Below are positions 38,201 to 51,789 of a stretch of 64,000 nt of DNA, piece after piece; position 1 is the stretch's first letter, and the number at the start of each line of letters is the position of its first letter. Source of the stretch: Enoplolaimus lenunculus. Its lineage: Eukaryota. The notes beneath the pieces were generated by a model that worked only from the letters and a program-made list of their open reading frames with translations, was not told the DNA's origin and ran no database searches. The translations under genes and the position numbers were made by a program. Where the stretch lies: the NCBI GenBank assembly GCA_030248215.1, contig JASANG010000641.1, forward strand, positions 124,001 to 188,000, given 5' to 3'.

Positions 38201-41200
38201 TGTATAGAAACTGTTTGTTTGTGATGTCGTGTTCGTAATGAATAAATATTTTTTTCGGAAAACGAAAATAAAAATTATTTCCCAAGTTTTTTTGACGCAA
38301 AACTTATTATTTATAAGGTTAATTTAATCAATATATGTAACAGGTCACTTGGGTGTCAAGTGTTTCATCAATCTTAATTGTTATCTGTCAAACATCTTTC
38401 GGTGGTATTACATGTTTAACTTTAAATTGGGCTGATATTCACGCTATTTTTTACTCGAACGCCACAAAACTACTGCTATAGTAGTTGATGTGTCTCGCTT
38501 AGTTGTACATTGGTGTTATTAATTTAGAATATGTAACGATGTTACGCTAAGGACCTCTGTTTAATTAACTGGTTATTTCAGGTCTTTAGTTTATTAATAA
38601 ATTAGCAACATTAATTGCTGAGCAAATGTCATTGGAATATGTTTTTTACATTTTTATAAACAGTTTGTCATTACTTTGTGTTGACAATAAAGGATGAGAT
38701 TTGATAAAAATGAGAAAAAATGAATGTCAGCATATAATAAATTTAACTAGTAACCATTAATAGTTGGACTCAGGTACAACTTTCGTTTATGTGCCAGGGT
38801 TTCAAATGCTTCCGCAATATGTATACTGTACTGTCAGATAGGCCATTTGTTAATCAATACACACTGTTTACAGAACTAGACTCAGTAAATTTATAGGTAC
38901 TAAATTGTTTTGTAGAACGATCTCTTAATTGGTAATAAAGTGTTTTTACTACTGTACACTGTAAAAAAATGGGGAGTCAAATTGGCTCTTTTGGAAATAG
39001 GATTTTTCCGACTACAGTCAAATTTGGCTCCGCCAGAGTCAAATTCGATTCACTGAATCGCTCAGCGAGTCCAATTTGACTCTGACGGAATCAAATTTCA
39101 CTCAGTTTGTGTAGTCAGGAAAAGTCTATTTCCGAGAGAGTCAATTTGACTCCCCATTTTTAACAGTGTACTGGAGCGCTGTCCAAAGTGCGTATGTGCG
39201 ACGTTCTAGGTTTTCTAATATACATATTGCCCATCGCACACACTAAACACTTTTGGCAATTTTAGCAAAAAATAGAAACAGATATCGACATCCAAGAGTT
39301 TGAGTTTGCTATTTTTACCAATTTTTGCGTATTATTACAGGAAAATATCAGGGCGATATTGCTGGTGTATACCCTGAGACTGGTTCGCAATCAAGGGTAA
39401 GCGGGTCAAATGAGGTAAGTGAATCAATGCAACAATATTTACGGTGTATTTAATGAGTATTAAAACTACCGCAAGCATTTGAATATAAATATACACCCCT
39501 TCGGAGTAAAGTCAGCTTTGCCCGAAAGAAAAAATGTTTAAAACAATTGTGTTGCGTTCGACTAACTCCAACTTACATGAGGCGAATTAAAAATAAATAT
39601 ATCACAGAATGACTAACATCGAGGTGTCCTCTGAAGAAGCAAAATAAATATCAGTCACCGCTCTTATTCGGATCACTACGGTATTGTTTATTTAATTTGT
39701 TTCAGCATCCCTCGAAACAACGATTTTTAAACGCTGTTCGCGATAAAAGTCTAACGTGGCCCGGTGGTGTGATCCCGTATTCCATTGGACCAGGATTTAG
39801 TTAGTATTTGTTGAACGAATGGTTAACATTCCACATTGTCACTATTTTTACGACACAAGAATTTAAATTCAGCTAAAACACCAAAAAATTACAGTTTATA
39901 TAAAAAATTGAACTGAAGCCAAAGTTGTTCTTGCTTACTCCAAATTTAGGCCAATGTATAGAACAGGGCCGTAACAGTAGTATAAATTTTTTTAGACCTT
40001 AACATAAAGCCTAAGCCAAAGTATAGCCGCAAGAGTAAGCTTAATCCTAGTCTAATTCTAAGCAAAATATAGCCTTAAACGCTAAGATTGCTCAATTACA
40101 GTCCCGCAGAAAAACGTTCCGCAAGTGATCTTTACATTGGGCTCAAATCGGAACTTGGTTTCAGCTCCTGATCAGCTACAAATTATCAACAATGCGTTTG
40201 CGAAATATCATCGCGACACGTGTGTACGATTTGTGCCGCGCACATACGAGAAAGATTACCTCAGAATAATCAACGACTACGGGTACGAATTTTGAGAATG
40301 GGCACCAAACAGCAGCAGCGTAGGAAGTATTTCATTTTCAGTGGACACAACCGCGTCCGCAATTTTGTTTAGGAGCCACCGTATCCGAGTGGAACCCCGT
40401 AGCGAGTGGAAAATTTGTTTTTACCTCTGCCATTTTTTTTCAGCGCATAAAAGGACTGTTTCGCTGTATTTCCAGAAGTTACGCTGGATAATCATCTGTT
40501 TGAGCGTTGGGTTCGCCAACGCAGCTTCAAGGTTTTTTTACGCCTGCTCCTCAAAATTAGTCAATTTTTAAAATATCAAAAAAATTGGCAAGAACGATCA
40601 TTAAAAGTATATATAAAATTTTAAAACATAAAAAAATTCCCGCCGGATATCTTGGACTCGCCATTGCCCGAACCGCTACTAGTAGTTTTACTTTTGCTCC
40701 AAAAAGTAGTACAATATGAAGCTGTTTTATACCGAAATAGTTGTTTTTGAATCGGTAGTTTGCCGCATCAGATTGGTTTTCGGAGGCCATCAATCCATCT
40801 CCATTGCAGTGATACACTTCATAAAATTGCCAAAACCTCATGTTTCTGAACTGAGAAATTTAGGCCAATCTATGCATAATCCTATGCCTAAGCATAATCC
40901 TAACAATGCGCTTACATCTACGCCTAAAGCATAATCCTAACAATACGCTTACACCTATAAGCCTAAGTATAAAGCAAAAAATAGCCTATAAAGCTTAAAC
41001 TTACTCTATTGCAATCCGGCAGAAAAACGTTCCGCTCCTGGTTTTTACATGGGCCGAAATTTATAAATACTTTAAACTTTTAAACCAAAACTCAGTATTC
41101 GGCTTTAGGTGTTACTCTCTGGTTGGACGAACTGGTGGCAAACAAGAAAGTTCTCTCGGTCGCGGCTGTGTGTTTCATGAAATTGTTGTGCATGAATTGA

Positions 41201-44200
41201 TGCATACGCTTGGATTTTGGCATGAACAAAGCCGCGCTGACCGAGACCAACATGTGGAAATCGTTTGGCACAATATTATACCAGGTTAAGCGTCAAAGAT
41301 TAGCATATAACGTGTGTGTTAGTACATATGTGTATTTAATAGTTACTGTAATTATTTATTTATTACTTCGGGCTACAGCGTCCAGTTCAACTCCAACACC
41401 TGTTCGCTGATAGTAACCGCTTCAGCAAGAGAGTACGTGGCTCGAATCTTACCTTGAAATTGGATATCAAATAAAATAGAAAATTTTCGTGTGAAAACAA
41501 GTGTTAACATACTGTTTAAAATCTATCAGTCTGGCACGTATAGTCCACCGAACGCCAGATTTATCACGCGTAAAACTCTGCTATTACAATTTGCTTGACG
41601 CATTTTAATTGAATTCTAGGGTTGCAAGGGCAATTTGACAAAATTGACTACATTTATTCTGACTATTTAAACGAACCGTACGATTATCGCTCGGTTATGC
41701 ATTACGACTCAACTGCATTCTCAAAAAATGGTCTCAACACAATCGAAGCTCGAGTGCCTGGCATGACTACGGTGATTGGAAAAGCGTTAGATTTGTCATT
41801 GGGCGATCTGAGGAAGGTACGCAACCAGCAGCTGGTGTAAGAATTAATTTCAAGAAACGTAAAAAAAGATTTAGGTTAAGAAAGAAAAATTTCTTAAAAA
41901 ATATATTTAACAACGTTGAAATGATTTTTATCTTAAAGATAAAACGAACGTTTTAAAAACAATAGAATTCTGCAACTTAAGCGTTTACATTGCAGCTAAA
42001 TAATCATGGCCGCAACGGTCCATGTAAAGATCAGGGGCGAAACGCTTTTCTGTGGGACTGCAATAGAGAAAGCTTAACCTATAGACCAATTTTTTGCTTG
42101 GATTAGGCTTAGGCTTATGCTTACGAATATGCTCATTTTCACGCTTAGGCTTAGGCTTAGGCTTAAGATTATCCTTATAATAATACTGTTCCGCCCGTGT
42201 TCTTTACATTGGCCAGCACAATAATAGAGTGGACATTTCTATTGACTCACTGCGCCAGCACCATCGGTAACGGTCATTTTGTTACAGTCATGTCCGTCTA
42301 AATCCAAATTTCTCAGGGACGCTGCTATTCAACGCGTTCCATAACGCAAACCGATCAATTTTGCTAGTTCGACAACGCTTGTTCTTGTTTGATATTTTAC
42401 CAGATCAACAAAATGTACAAATGCAACGATCACCTCAATCGGCAACCGGACACTTTGTTGCCTGTTGCATTTCAAACTACAACGCGAAAACCGAATCCAT
42501 CAACCGACGCCAGGCGTTTGCTTCCTAAACCAGCAGGCAGCGTCCAACTGCCAAAAATTGAACCCCAAACCGATGAATACTCGGTTAAAAGTGAGTTTCG
42601 CTGTTCGGAAGATGAATTTAGAAAATAGATTCGGCTTATGCGTCAGCCATACTAAAGATTGTGGCCGTGTGGAAAGTGTTGTTTCAATTCCGAACACAAA
42701 ATGACTCTAATTTTTCAGTTCAAATATTTGCGTGCATTGGAATTGAACACAAATTTAATTTCGTTCAATTCAGTTGAATGAACATTTTCAAACCAGCGAT
42801 TGGTAGTCCAGGCTTTCGTGTGCTCCATTTTGTCAAAATTTATTTATATTTTTATTAATTTTAGAAAGTTCTCACTCCGGCTGCGTAGATCGTTTCTTGG
42901 ATTGCCCTTTCTTTTATCGTTACTGTTACCGACAATCGTTTTATTACGTAATGAAACAATACTGTCAAAGAACATGCGCACACTGTACAGGTAAACAATT
43001 ATGTTGGTAAAATTTGAAATTCATTTCACTGTAAATTGCAATAGGTTGAATAATCAATTCAGCTAGCGAGTCGGTTATTTCTGAATTAATATCAGTAAAC
43101 GTTAATTCACTCTGAGTTGAGTTGATTTTCGCTCTGAGTTGAGTTGACGCTGGGTGAGTTGAATAAATTAAATTAGACTGAATTTGAATCAACTCAAAAT
43201 TCTGAGTTCTGTTCGTCCTAACTCAGACTGAGTGATTTAATTCATTCGCTCACTGAAATTTACAGTGTTGACAATTGCACTCTGCTTTATTCGTTGTTAT
43301 ATATTATTAATGCTCAGACGTTAAATTTAATGGTTATTAATATATTAACACTGAGGGATAAGTGGGTAAACATTTTTTATCCGCAGTGCGCTTAATCCGC
43401 GAAAACTTTTTTAACCACTGTAGGTGTCGCAAAACGGCGAAGGGTTTTCGAGAAAACTATTTACAGAACGACAAAAATATATATACAATCAAATCATCAT
43501 TTTTATTCACATCATGAGGATCTTCAGAAGCCCTAGCCTCCCTAGTTTGGGTATGGGTGGAGTGTATGGCACATATACAAATGTCACTTTTAAAATACGC
43601 CGTGTTCCTGCATTCTTGAGCCATCCTCAAAGAGATTAAAATTATTAAAATTGGTAAAACACTGACTGGGTTTCTGAAATCTTATTTAAGTATTAACTTA
43701 AGTTATATTTAAATAATTACTTAAGTCGCCGACTTAAGTGAATATTCTCAGCAATTGGAATAACAAGAAAGTAATCGTTTTTCTTTATATTAGCGAGGCA
43801 CCATGAGTTTTCAATTTCGATAGTCCAAGGTTAGTATGCCTGAACTGTTAATCTGTAACATATAAAATTTAATCAGCGACTTAACTGTTTACTTCTTAAC
43901 TTAAGTACGCTTTTAAAAACAATAAGATGCTTATGTAATTAATTATAACGCACTTAAGTACTAAAGTCGTGCTTAAGTAGGGTTTCAGGAACCCAACGAT
44001 TGTTTGCTGAATTTCACTCATTTAAAACGTATTTTAAATTATTTTAGATTCCGTGTGGGATAACTTTACACTGCGACCAACCGTTCCTTCTACAACGCGA
44101 ACAGCTGCAGTATTTCACAAAACCACAACCACGACAACTTTAAGTCCATGGGAAGCGAGTTTAACTCAAACGTTATCAACTCGTGGTGTACGAGCAAAGC

Positions 44201-44346
44201 CAAGATCAAAGTTAAACTCTCAACTTGGATCCAAATCAAAGTTCAACCCATGGGAGCCGATTGTAAGCGTCGTTGACTCTTCAGAATTTGGCCGGTTACC
44301 TCGAAAGCGTGATATTTATTATATCGCAACGGATTCTAGCAATTAA
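35289..44346 (+). CDS. Astacin (M12A) zinc metalloprotease with ShK domain and Thr-rich C-terminus
   Basis: Exons 37920-38177, 39341-39396, 39706-39799, 40165-40282, 41109-41284, 41620-41816, 42404-42590, 42865-42990, 44048-44346. Tentative signal-peptide exons at 35289-35378 and 36333-36381. Motifs: GKYQGDI, WPGGVIPY, TCVRFVPR, GCYSLVG, HELMHTLGFWHEQSRADRD, YDYRSVMHY (Met-turn), INKMYKC; ShK CVDRFLDC...YC...MKQYCQRTCAHC. Confidence 0.93.
35479..35695. mobile_element. MITE family B
   Basis: ta|cactgcaaaaattggtgagtcaaattgac ... tcaatttgactcaccgttttttgcagtg|ta. Confidence 0.9.
35966..36141. mobile_element. MITE family D (TTAGGC-containing)
   Basis: ccatgtaatgatcaggggcggaacg ... ttaggcttagg ... 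ttccgcctctgttctttacatt. Confidence 0.75.
36443..36695. mobile_element. MITE family C
   Basis: cactataaattcc ... ctgaaatttacagtg. Confidence 0.75.
37473..37905. mobile_element. MITE family A
   Basis: ta|ctgtaggaacccgatt ... ctcttattcgggtcactacag|ta; ends about 14 bp before an astacin exon. Confidence 0.85.
38957..39168. mobile_element. MITE family B
   Basis: ta|cactgtaaaaaaatggggagtcaaattg ... caatttgactccccatttttaacagtg|ta. Confidence 0.9.
39949..40142. mobile_element. MITE family D
   Basis: ggccaatgtatagaacagggccg ... gtgatctttacattgggc with gcctaa-like interior. Confidence 0.75.
42017..42214. mobile_element. MITE family D
   Basis: ggtccatgtaaagatcaggggcg ... (ttaggc)n ... gttctttacattggcc. 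Confidence 0.8.
43027..43267. mobile_element. MITE family C
   Basis: tt|cactgtaaattgc ... ctgaaatttacagtg|tt. Confidence 0.8.
43666..43995. mobile_element. MITE rich in CTTAAG motifs
   Basis: Inverted ends ctgggtttctgaaa / tttcaggaaccca. A related end lies at about 47540-47625. Confidence 0.55.
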
Positions 44347-45722
44347 ACGGCAGCACCATGATGCTCGAGTCGAGCAGATACTGATAAGTTTCCTTGAGTT
44401 GAATACTCGAAGATTTGGAATTCTGTCGAGTCGTCAATGAAAACAGCTGGTATCGTGGTATAGGAATTAAGCAAGAAAGCCAGAACTTAGCGTTAAGATA
44501 TAAATTTCTATTTTTTCCTATAATTCTAAAATGAAGAATGATTTAATATATTGTAAAGACGTACGCTTTCCACCACTGGATAGCGTCATAATGCATTTAA
44601 ATAAACAGTGTGTATAGTGCCACGGTTACCTGTGGGGAAGTGCTATTTACACTAACGGTTTGTTTCACCCCGACGGTTGGTTTCATCAAACGATATGAAC
44701 TTTTTGATAATTTTAATGCAATACAATACTACATAAAGATTATGTAACAATTCTTTTCAAGTACGACACCGAAAAGCAACAACGCATTACCGTTTTAGTG
44801 CCACTGTATGCCATGGTGATAAACGAGCTAAAGTTTTCCTGTGTACTTGTTCACTTGCACCCACATTAAGTTTTCGTTATATGCCTAACGAACCTAATCC
44901 TAAGCGTAAGCCGAAGCCTAAGAAGAATACTGAAGCCTAAACTTTAACCTAAGCCCAAGCATGTGACAATTCAGTAATATAAACTTTATGGCGGGTGGAC
45001 CTTTGTGTTCTATTAAAAGAGTTTGGGGGGGGATAAACAAGTACCAGACTTCTCACAACGGAGTAAATAAGTGGATCTGACTGAATTTTGACGAAGTTTT
45101 CTACAAACTGACAACGCTATGCTTCCTTAGTTTGTATTAACCAGAATTTAGCTTTCGACTAAGCCCGGGTTCACAAATGTGTATAGCATCTATCAACAGT
45201 TGATAATAGGCCTTGTTCTTTATTACATGATAAGGTTGTGAAGTTTCGAACATTTTATGCACAAGAATGTCCAAAATATTTCTCAGCAGATGATGTCACG
45301 ATCAGCAGATGCGACCTTCATCTTGTTTGAAGACCATTTATTAATTCAGGCCTGTAGCTAGCACACCTTGCTATAGGTGAGCTAAAATGTTTTCTACATG
45401 GGGCATACAGGTGTTTTTGTTGACTTACAAGCAAAGGTTGAAAATTTTCTCTGGGCGGGGGCGAAACTTCGCGATAAGCTGAGCCTCCTGCCCACCTTGG
45501 CTATGGATGGGCTCGTTTAATTACTAACTAGTAATCAGTGCTATAGCTTTGCAAGTTCCCGTATATAATTATGGGAATTTTAAATTATAAGAAAATGTTG
45601 CACAATAAATATTGCATTTTTTACTTAAATAATGTACCATTTCCGTGCGAATAATAATTTCAATTTGTTCAGCTTGTATAATAAACATTCATCCGTATAT
45701 AATATTTTTGGCATAGTTCAGT

Positions 45723-48700
45723 TTAATTCACAATATCCAGTGGCACATCTTTGAGCTGGTAGATAACTGAATAAGATTCGGCAATTGTTGCTCTGGAAAA
45801 CAACGGCTCATGCATAGAACAGGGCCGGATCGTTTTACGGCGGGGCTGTATTAATAGAGTCGGTTTAAGCTTTAGACAAACATTTTTGCTTAGGCTTAAG
45901 CTTAGGAATAGGCCCATGCTTACGCTTAGGCTTACGCTTAGGCTTAGGCTTACGCTCAAGAATATGCTTATACTATACTGTTCCGGCCTGTTCTATATAT
46001 TGGCCAAAAAACTAAGATACGCATACTTTGTGCCAATATAAATATAGCATGGATCCAGAATCATCCAATAACGCTGCGGTAATAAAAATTTTGCGATACG
46101 AATAGTTCATCTGAAGCTCTCAATGCGTATAGCAGCTAGGTGAAAAACAATGGCGGATCCAGGATCTCAAAATGGTGGGGGGGCAAGATTTCACGGGTAA
46201 TAAACTTATTTTTGACCTACACACAAACCACAAACTATTGCCATAAAATTGACTTCCTTACGTTCGTTCAATTATTTAAAGGCTCGGATTCGGAAGCCAA
46301 TTCAGTTTTGAAAAAGCAAAATCCAGTCAGCTTCAGCAATATCCGTTTCTGTTTTGAATGAGTTGGAACTGCCTGCTATTGTCGGAAAATGTTTTAGCAT
46401 TAGCGGTTATAGATTTCAATTTATTTATAATTTTTGTCGAGATGCTGTTGGGGGGGGCACGGCCGGGGTGCCCCCTCATGGATCCGCCACTAGTGAAAAA
46501 TACGGTAAAATTACAAAATGAATAAAAAAAGATTTTGCACCCTGTTCGCGTTGGCAATTGGACAATCTTATACGATCGAAAAGTATTCTAAAAACGCGTT
46601 TTGAAACTGCAAAATTTCGGTGTACAAAAACTACCACTTTACTGTACCGGAAAATAATCATGAATCCGCCGTTGCCGAAATTTTTTTTATAATTTTATTT
46701 GACAATGGCCGGCAGATGATTTTCTCAAAAATATCGCTTACTTTAAAGTTAGCTGACCGCTATAATTTGCCAAATCGTCTGGAGCAGTCCATTGAAATTG
46801 CGTCGGAAGATCGAACGAGTAAGGATTCAAGTGTGTTGCAGCACCACATTGTTGAATTTTTAAACCTTTTGACGTACTGAACACTGAAAAATTAACGTTA
46901 AATCAGTAATCAATGGCTGGGTAAATAACAGTCTGTAACGGAATAACAAAGGGTTCCCTCTAGAGAGGCCGAATAAATATCAGCCGCTCCTCATATGAGT
47001 CGCTACAGTACGACTTCATGCATAAGTATGTACTAAGCATTTACTTAGCCAATTTACCGTTTCTAAAAGGTTACTTCATTTAAGGAAATACTGTAGTGAC
47101 ATAAATAAGAGGGGGGCTGATATTTATTTGGCCTCTTCAGAGGGCACCCCCTGTTATTCGGTTACGGGCTATTATTTACATTCAACCCGCCCTCCGCCAC
47201 CCTTTGTTACTGATATATCCGGTATTGCAACTATCCGTTGAATTAATCGGTTTTTGCCTTGCATAAATAGCTTGAGCGATAATGCAAGGTTATACTTTGG
47301 AATGTTACTTTCAAAACTTAAGTACGCTTTAAAGTTTCGAACTCAACTTTATTTGGTCCTGGAGTCGTTTATGCGCTACAATTAGAAATATTGACATTTA
47401 TAGACTCTAATTAGGGTTTAGTGACTCTACACGCGTACGGACTCTTACTATGGATACGGACTCCTATTGATTTGGACTCAAAATATGGGAACTTGTTATG
47501 GCACTGGTAAAATTTGGCATATTTCTTTTTGCTCTAAAAGCCATATGCTTACTTAAGTCGACGACTTAAATAATTACTTAAAAATAGGTTGAGAAAATAC
47601 TTAAGTAAGATTACAGAAACCCAGCCAATATATAGAACAATTTGCTTCACTTGTAGTACGCTCAAACTTGAAACGTGTAAGAAGCCAACAGTAGATCTGG
47701 ATCTTACTCTTTTAGGTAAGAGCATACAACTGGGTACACGTTATGCCGAAAAAATGTCCTCAACTCAGTGAACATTCCTTCATATTATTTGGAATGGAAA
47801 GTGCCGTCCAACGAGAGATTTTTTGTAAGCTACCAATAGGGCACCGTGGGGGCCCCGCGAATAGACTTGGCCGACATGAGCCATGAAATGTGCTATTTCC
47901 GCATATAACAAAAAAAATTAGCATTTCAGAGGTTTTTATGTTGGTTATCATAATTTTATAAAATAAATCTGTCTGTTCGAAACTTCGACCAATGTTAAGA
48001 ATAGTGGAGGAACAGTATTATACGCATATTCCTAAGCCTAAGTCTAATAACCCTTAGCCTAAACCAAGCAAAAAATTAGTCTAAAGTTTAAGCTTACTCT
48101 TTTCTAGACCCACACAAAAACGTTTCGCGCCTGATCTTTACATGGACCGAGACTTCTATTTATTCACAATACAGTTTTATACCGAATTTAGCAAGTGGCG
48201 AACCAGAAAAATATAGTGAATGATTAAAGTTTTAGATGCCTGCCGAAAAAAATTTCAGCTTACGTTTTAGCTAAAATTTTAAACGCCGAGAAAAATTTGT
48301 GTTTGGATTGCGTCCGACCAATTTCCGATTCATGGAACACTATGCCCAATTTCCACCGGTGAGTTAGCAACGATTCATGCATATTTCTGAGCAAACTGAT
48401 GGGTGACAACACCGCTTAATTGCAAATTGTACTTCGAGTCGGAACACATCAATTTTTTTGTTACACAGGAAAACTAATTTTCAAAAACGACATACACAAA
48501 TGATACATAATTCGCAAGCAGGACTAAAGTTCTTTTCGAGGTAGAGTAACAATATTTGTTGAGGCCTTAGCGCCACTGGTTTGGTTCCATGTGGCTACAG
48601 CTTTCGACATAGCTAAAGTTGTCCATACGGTAAACATTCCGCAACAAATTCAAACTCAACGTACGTGAGCCTACTGGAAAGTCTTCTGAATCGACAACTG

Positions 48701-50750
48701 CAACCAGTATCCCAGCTGCATTGGCGCCAAAACTGTCATCTTCGACAGAAACTGAAAAAATATTTATTCAACATAACTTAATTTACTCTTTGTTTTGAAC
48801 TTTTTCGCATACAATCAAAAGTAAGCACACTACCATTTAGACAAACCACAAAGACATAAACGCTGTAATTTTCTGACAAATTTATTTAGTTTGTACTAAA
48901 AGATCAAGCTTTGATGCATTAACAAAGACCCATTAGAAGTCAGCTAAAAGCATGAGCAAGTCCGTAAATTATCGACTAAGTCTTAGCCTAAGATTAAAAT
49001 TTGATATTTTCGTATATTTTAATATAGCAAATCAGAATACAAAAGTTTGTTTAAAGATCTATTGGACAACGAGAACGGTGGTGCGTTCTGGTCACAAATA
49101 TACACAACAGTTGAAACTACGACAACGTCACGCGACAACTTGTGGCCTGACTGAGACCTACGCCTAAGCCTATCTTAATCCTATAAGCAACATTCTGAGC
49201 AAGCCTAAACCACGATGAATGACAAATGTCGATGCGACAATATTTCGTGTTACCAAGAGTGCATGATACCAAAGTATGCAACTCTTAGCGTTCTGTATGG
49301 TACAAAATGTAGATACTACCGGGCGTTGTGTTTTTCGCCACCCCCTTAGGGGGCCCCGCCCCACCACAACTTGAACTATGAGCGGAGCATTTTTTGACGC
49401 CGGATACGCAAATTGCCTTGGTTCGCACATGTAGCAACCCTTTTAAATAAAGGGGGTGTTGTCTAAAAACGCAACGTGCCACATTCTTTTCTACACAGAA
49501 TGTTCCCAGTTGCAACACTCTGGTAAAAAAGTCATTATCCACTCTTGGTAGTACAAGTTGTCGGTCGACGAGTTGTCGGATGATTGTGGAGACACCGCGA
49601 CAGCTCATAAAGCAAACCGATTACCGAGTTTGTAAACAGTGCAAAATACTCTCTAAAAGCTTAAACCAACTTGATTTAAGTTTAAGCTAATCCACAAGAA
49701 TTAAACTAACTTTTTGGATTAACTAAACTAACAGGTAGGTTTATGCTTAAACTCATTTAAAATCTTGCATATTTTCAGTTTAAGCTAAACTTATTGAACT
49801 CTTAGATACACGGCTGCACTTATTGCTTAATCTAAAACTAAGGTTAACTAAACTCGTGTTAAACTTGAAAACACGTTAGTTTAAGTAAAACCTAAAGTTC
49901 TAGTCTAGTTAGTCCGTCCAGCCATTTAAGTTTTACTTAAACTGATATTCAGTTTAGTTAAGCTATAATTTAAGTTTAAGTTTGTAGATAGTAGTAAATA
50001 GTATTTTAAAGTCAAGTGATTAATAGACACATACATGTTATCGTTTGGCCGGCAGAAATTTCACTAGGTATATCATCTGAAAATCTATATGGTCCAGCGC
50101 GAAAAATTCTAGGATTTCCATGCCCGGTATCAAACGGAGCCGGTTGACCTCGGCCACAAGGCGCGCCTTGTGAACGTGCGGTGATGATTGGTAACAGCGA
50201 CGCGAAAACGCTTGCAGAAGCAAATATTGTTAACAATCTATAAAATAAACATACAAGGTTTTTTTACAAAATTTTCGGTTCAAACCGGAATAATATTTCA
50301 CACTAAGAGCGAGACCTGGCAAGGAATTGGACAATGAAACAGGCCGCCCAGTGAACAAGCTATGCCCTTTCCGAAACAGCCAGCGCCTTGGTCTTATATT
50401 GCATTTCTTTTAAAGATATTTCAGCACAACGTGACCGTAGCCAGCTCACCTTGCTAGTAGGGCTTAAAATTTTGTACTACGGCCATGCTAAGATTTTAGG
50501 TGCCTTTACAATCGACGTTGAAAGTTTTCCAGGCGGGATGCAAATTGTTTTAATGGGGGTGAGAGTTTCCCGCTCCCTCAGGCTAGGTGCCACGTATAGC
50601 ATGCTCGAGCCGTACACTATTGTAGTTCCGCTGAAAAGTGTTCCGCCCCTTATTTTTCACATGGGTCAAATTGGAGAATAAACAATGTTAAACAGTTAAA
50701 AGCACTCAAACAAGCTTTGTGTTGGCTCTGTTGCATACTTACCTGTTCAT
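45723..50750 (-). CDS. Secreted Reeler-domain protein, 169 aa, 5 exons
   Basis: Phase-consistent exons: 50750-50743, 50237-50035, 48751-48665, 46883-46742, 45792-45723. Signal peptide MNRLLTIFASASVFASLLPIITA. Reeler-type motifs: GAPC..GHG..PY..AGQTITF, GILV..PVGS, CGAATH, FQWTAP..GQLTLKATIAESY. Confidence 0.8.
45805..46005. mobile_element. MITE family D
   Basis: ggctcatgcatagaacagggccgga ... (ttaggc)n ... ttccggcctgttctatatattggcc. Confidence 0.8.
47091..47491. mobile_element. MITE family A (one end truncated)
   Basis: ta|ctgtagtgacataaataagagggggg followed by the family A interior. Confidence 0.8.
49253..49548. mobile_element. MITE family F
   Basis: ta|ccaagagtgcatgat ... attatccactcttgg|ta. 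Confidence 0.7.
49647..49993. mobile_element. AT-rich inverted-repeat element (taaact/agttta motifs)
   Basis: tactctctaaaagcttaaac ... gtttaagtttgtagatagta. Confidence 0.5.
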
Positions 50751-50855
50751 TGCTACTTCCGACTAAAGCTTAAATTACAAATGCTTAATACAGATCTAAA
50801 GGTTAAAAAATTGTAATGTCACACAAGCTTATATACTGCTGAATTTATGGTCAAT

Positions 50856-51223
50856 CAGGGTGCAACCGGAGGTGAAAAATACCGGAGCCGGAGGTCAACG
50901 AAACTTGCCACAGCCGGAGCCGGAGGTGAGGCGACATTATGCGGTAAAAATGTTGGATAATTAGATAATTTTAGCCAATATCTGCAATATGTTGTCACGT
51001 TTTTTAGTTTAACGCTAATCTTCTGTGACATTTTGGAAATTCTATCCTAATTGTTGTGACAAAAGTAAAACAAAACGCGCTAAACAGATAAATTTTGCAA
51101 AATTATGCAAAATTTTACTACGAAAATTGCCGGAATCTCCGGCAAAAATTCTACCGGAGCTAGAGTTGGAGGCCGATTTTCTGCCGGAGCCGGAGCCGGA
51201 GGCAGACCTCCGGTTGTACTCTG
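50856..51223. mobile_element. hAT-type MITE with (CCGGAG)n subterminal repeats
   Basis: TIR cagggtgcaaccggag / ctccggttgtactctg. 8-bp TSD TGGTCAAT at 50848-50855 and 51224-51231. Related copies lie at about 30162-30533 and 61069-61795. Confidence 0.85.
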
Positions 51224-51360
51224 TGGTCAATGTATAGAACAGGGCCATAACAGTAGTATAAGTATATTCTTTAACTTAAGACTAAGCCTAATCATAAAAG
51301 GAAAATGAGCTTATACCTAAACCTAAGCCTAATCATAAACGTAAAATGAGCCTATATATA

Positions 51361-51789
51361 CTATAGTGACCCGAATAAGAGGGGGACTGATATGTATTTG
51401 GCCTCTCCTTCGGGTACCCCCCTTGTTATTCGGTCACGGACTGTTATTTATTTTTAACCCGCCCTCAACCGTCCTTCGTTAATGATATATATTCGGTACT
51501 GCAACTGTCCGTTGAACTAAACGTTTAGCGCGATAATGCAAGGCTATACTTAGGAATGTACTTTTAAAATTTAAGTATATACGCTTTAAAGTTTTGGACT
51601 GAAATTATTTGGGCCTGGAGTCCTTTATGCGCTACAATTAGGGATTATTGACATTTATGGACTGTAATAAAGGTTTAGGGACTCTATCCGCTTACGGACT
51701 CTTATTAGGGATACGGACTCCTATTGATTGGTACTCAAAATGGGGATCCCCTCTTATTACCTATCCCCCTCTTAGTCGGTTCAATACAG
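51361..51789. mobile_element. MITE family A nested in a family D element
   Basis: ta|ctatagtgacccgaataagagggg ... ttcaatacag|ta; flanks 51224-51360 and 51790-51880 are the two halves of a D element. Confidence 0.85.

Noticed and set aside
48300..48660. Read-through of Reeler exon 3, and a GVVTH-containing frame near 48400
   Set aside because: The donor at 48664 splices in phase to 46883 and gives much better Reeler motifs. The other frames hit stops or are out of phase.
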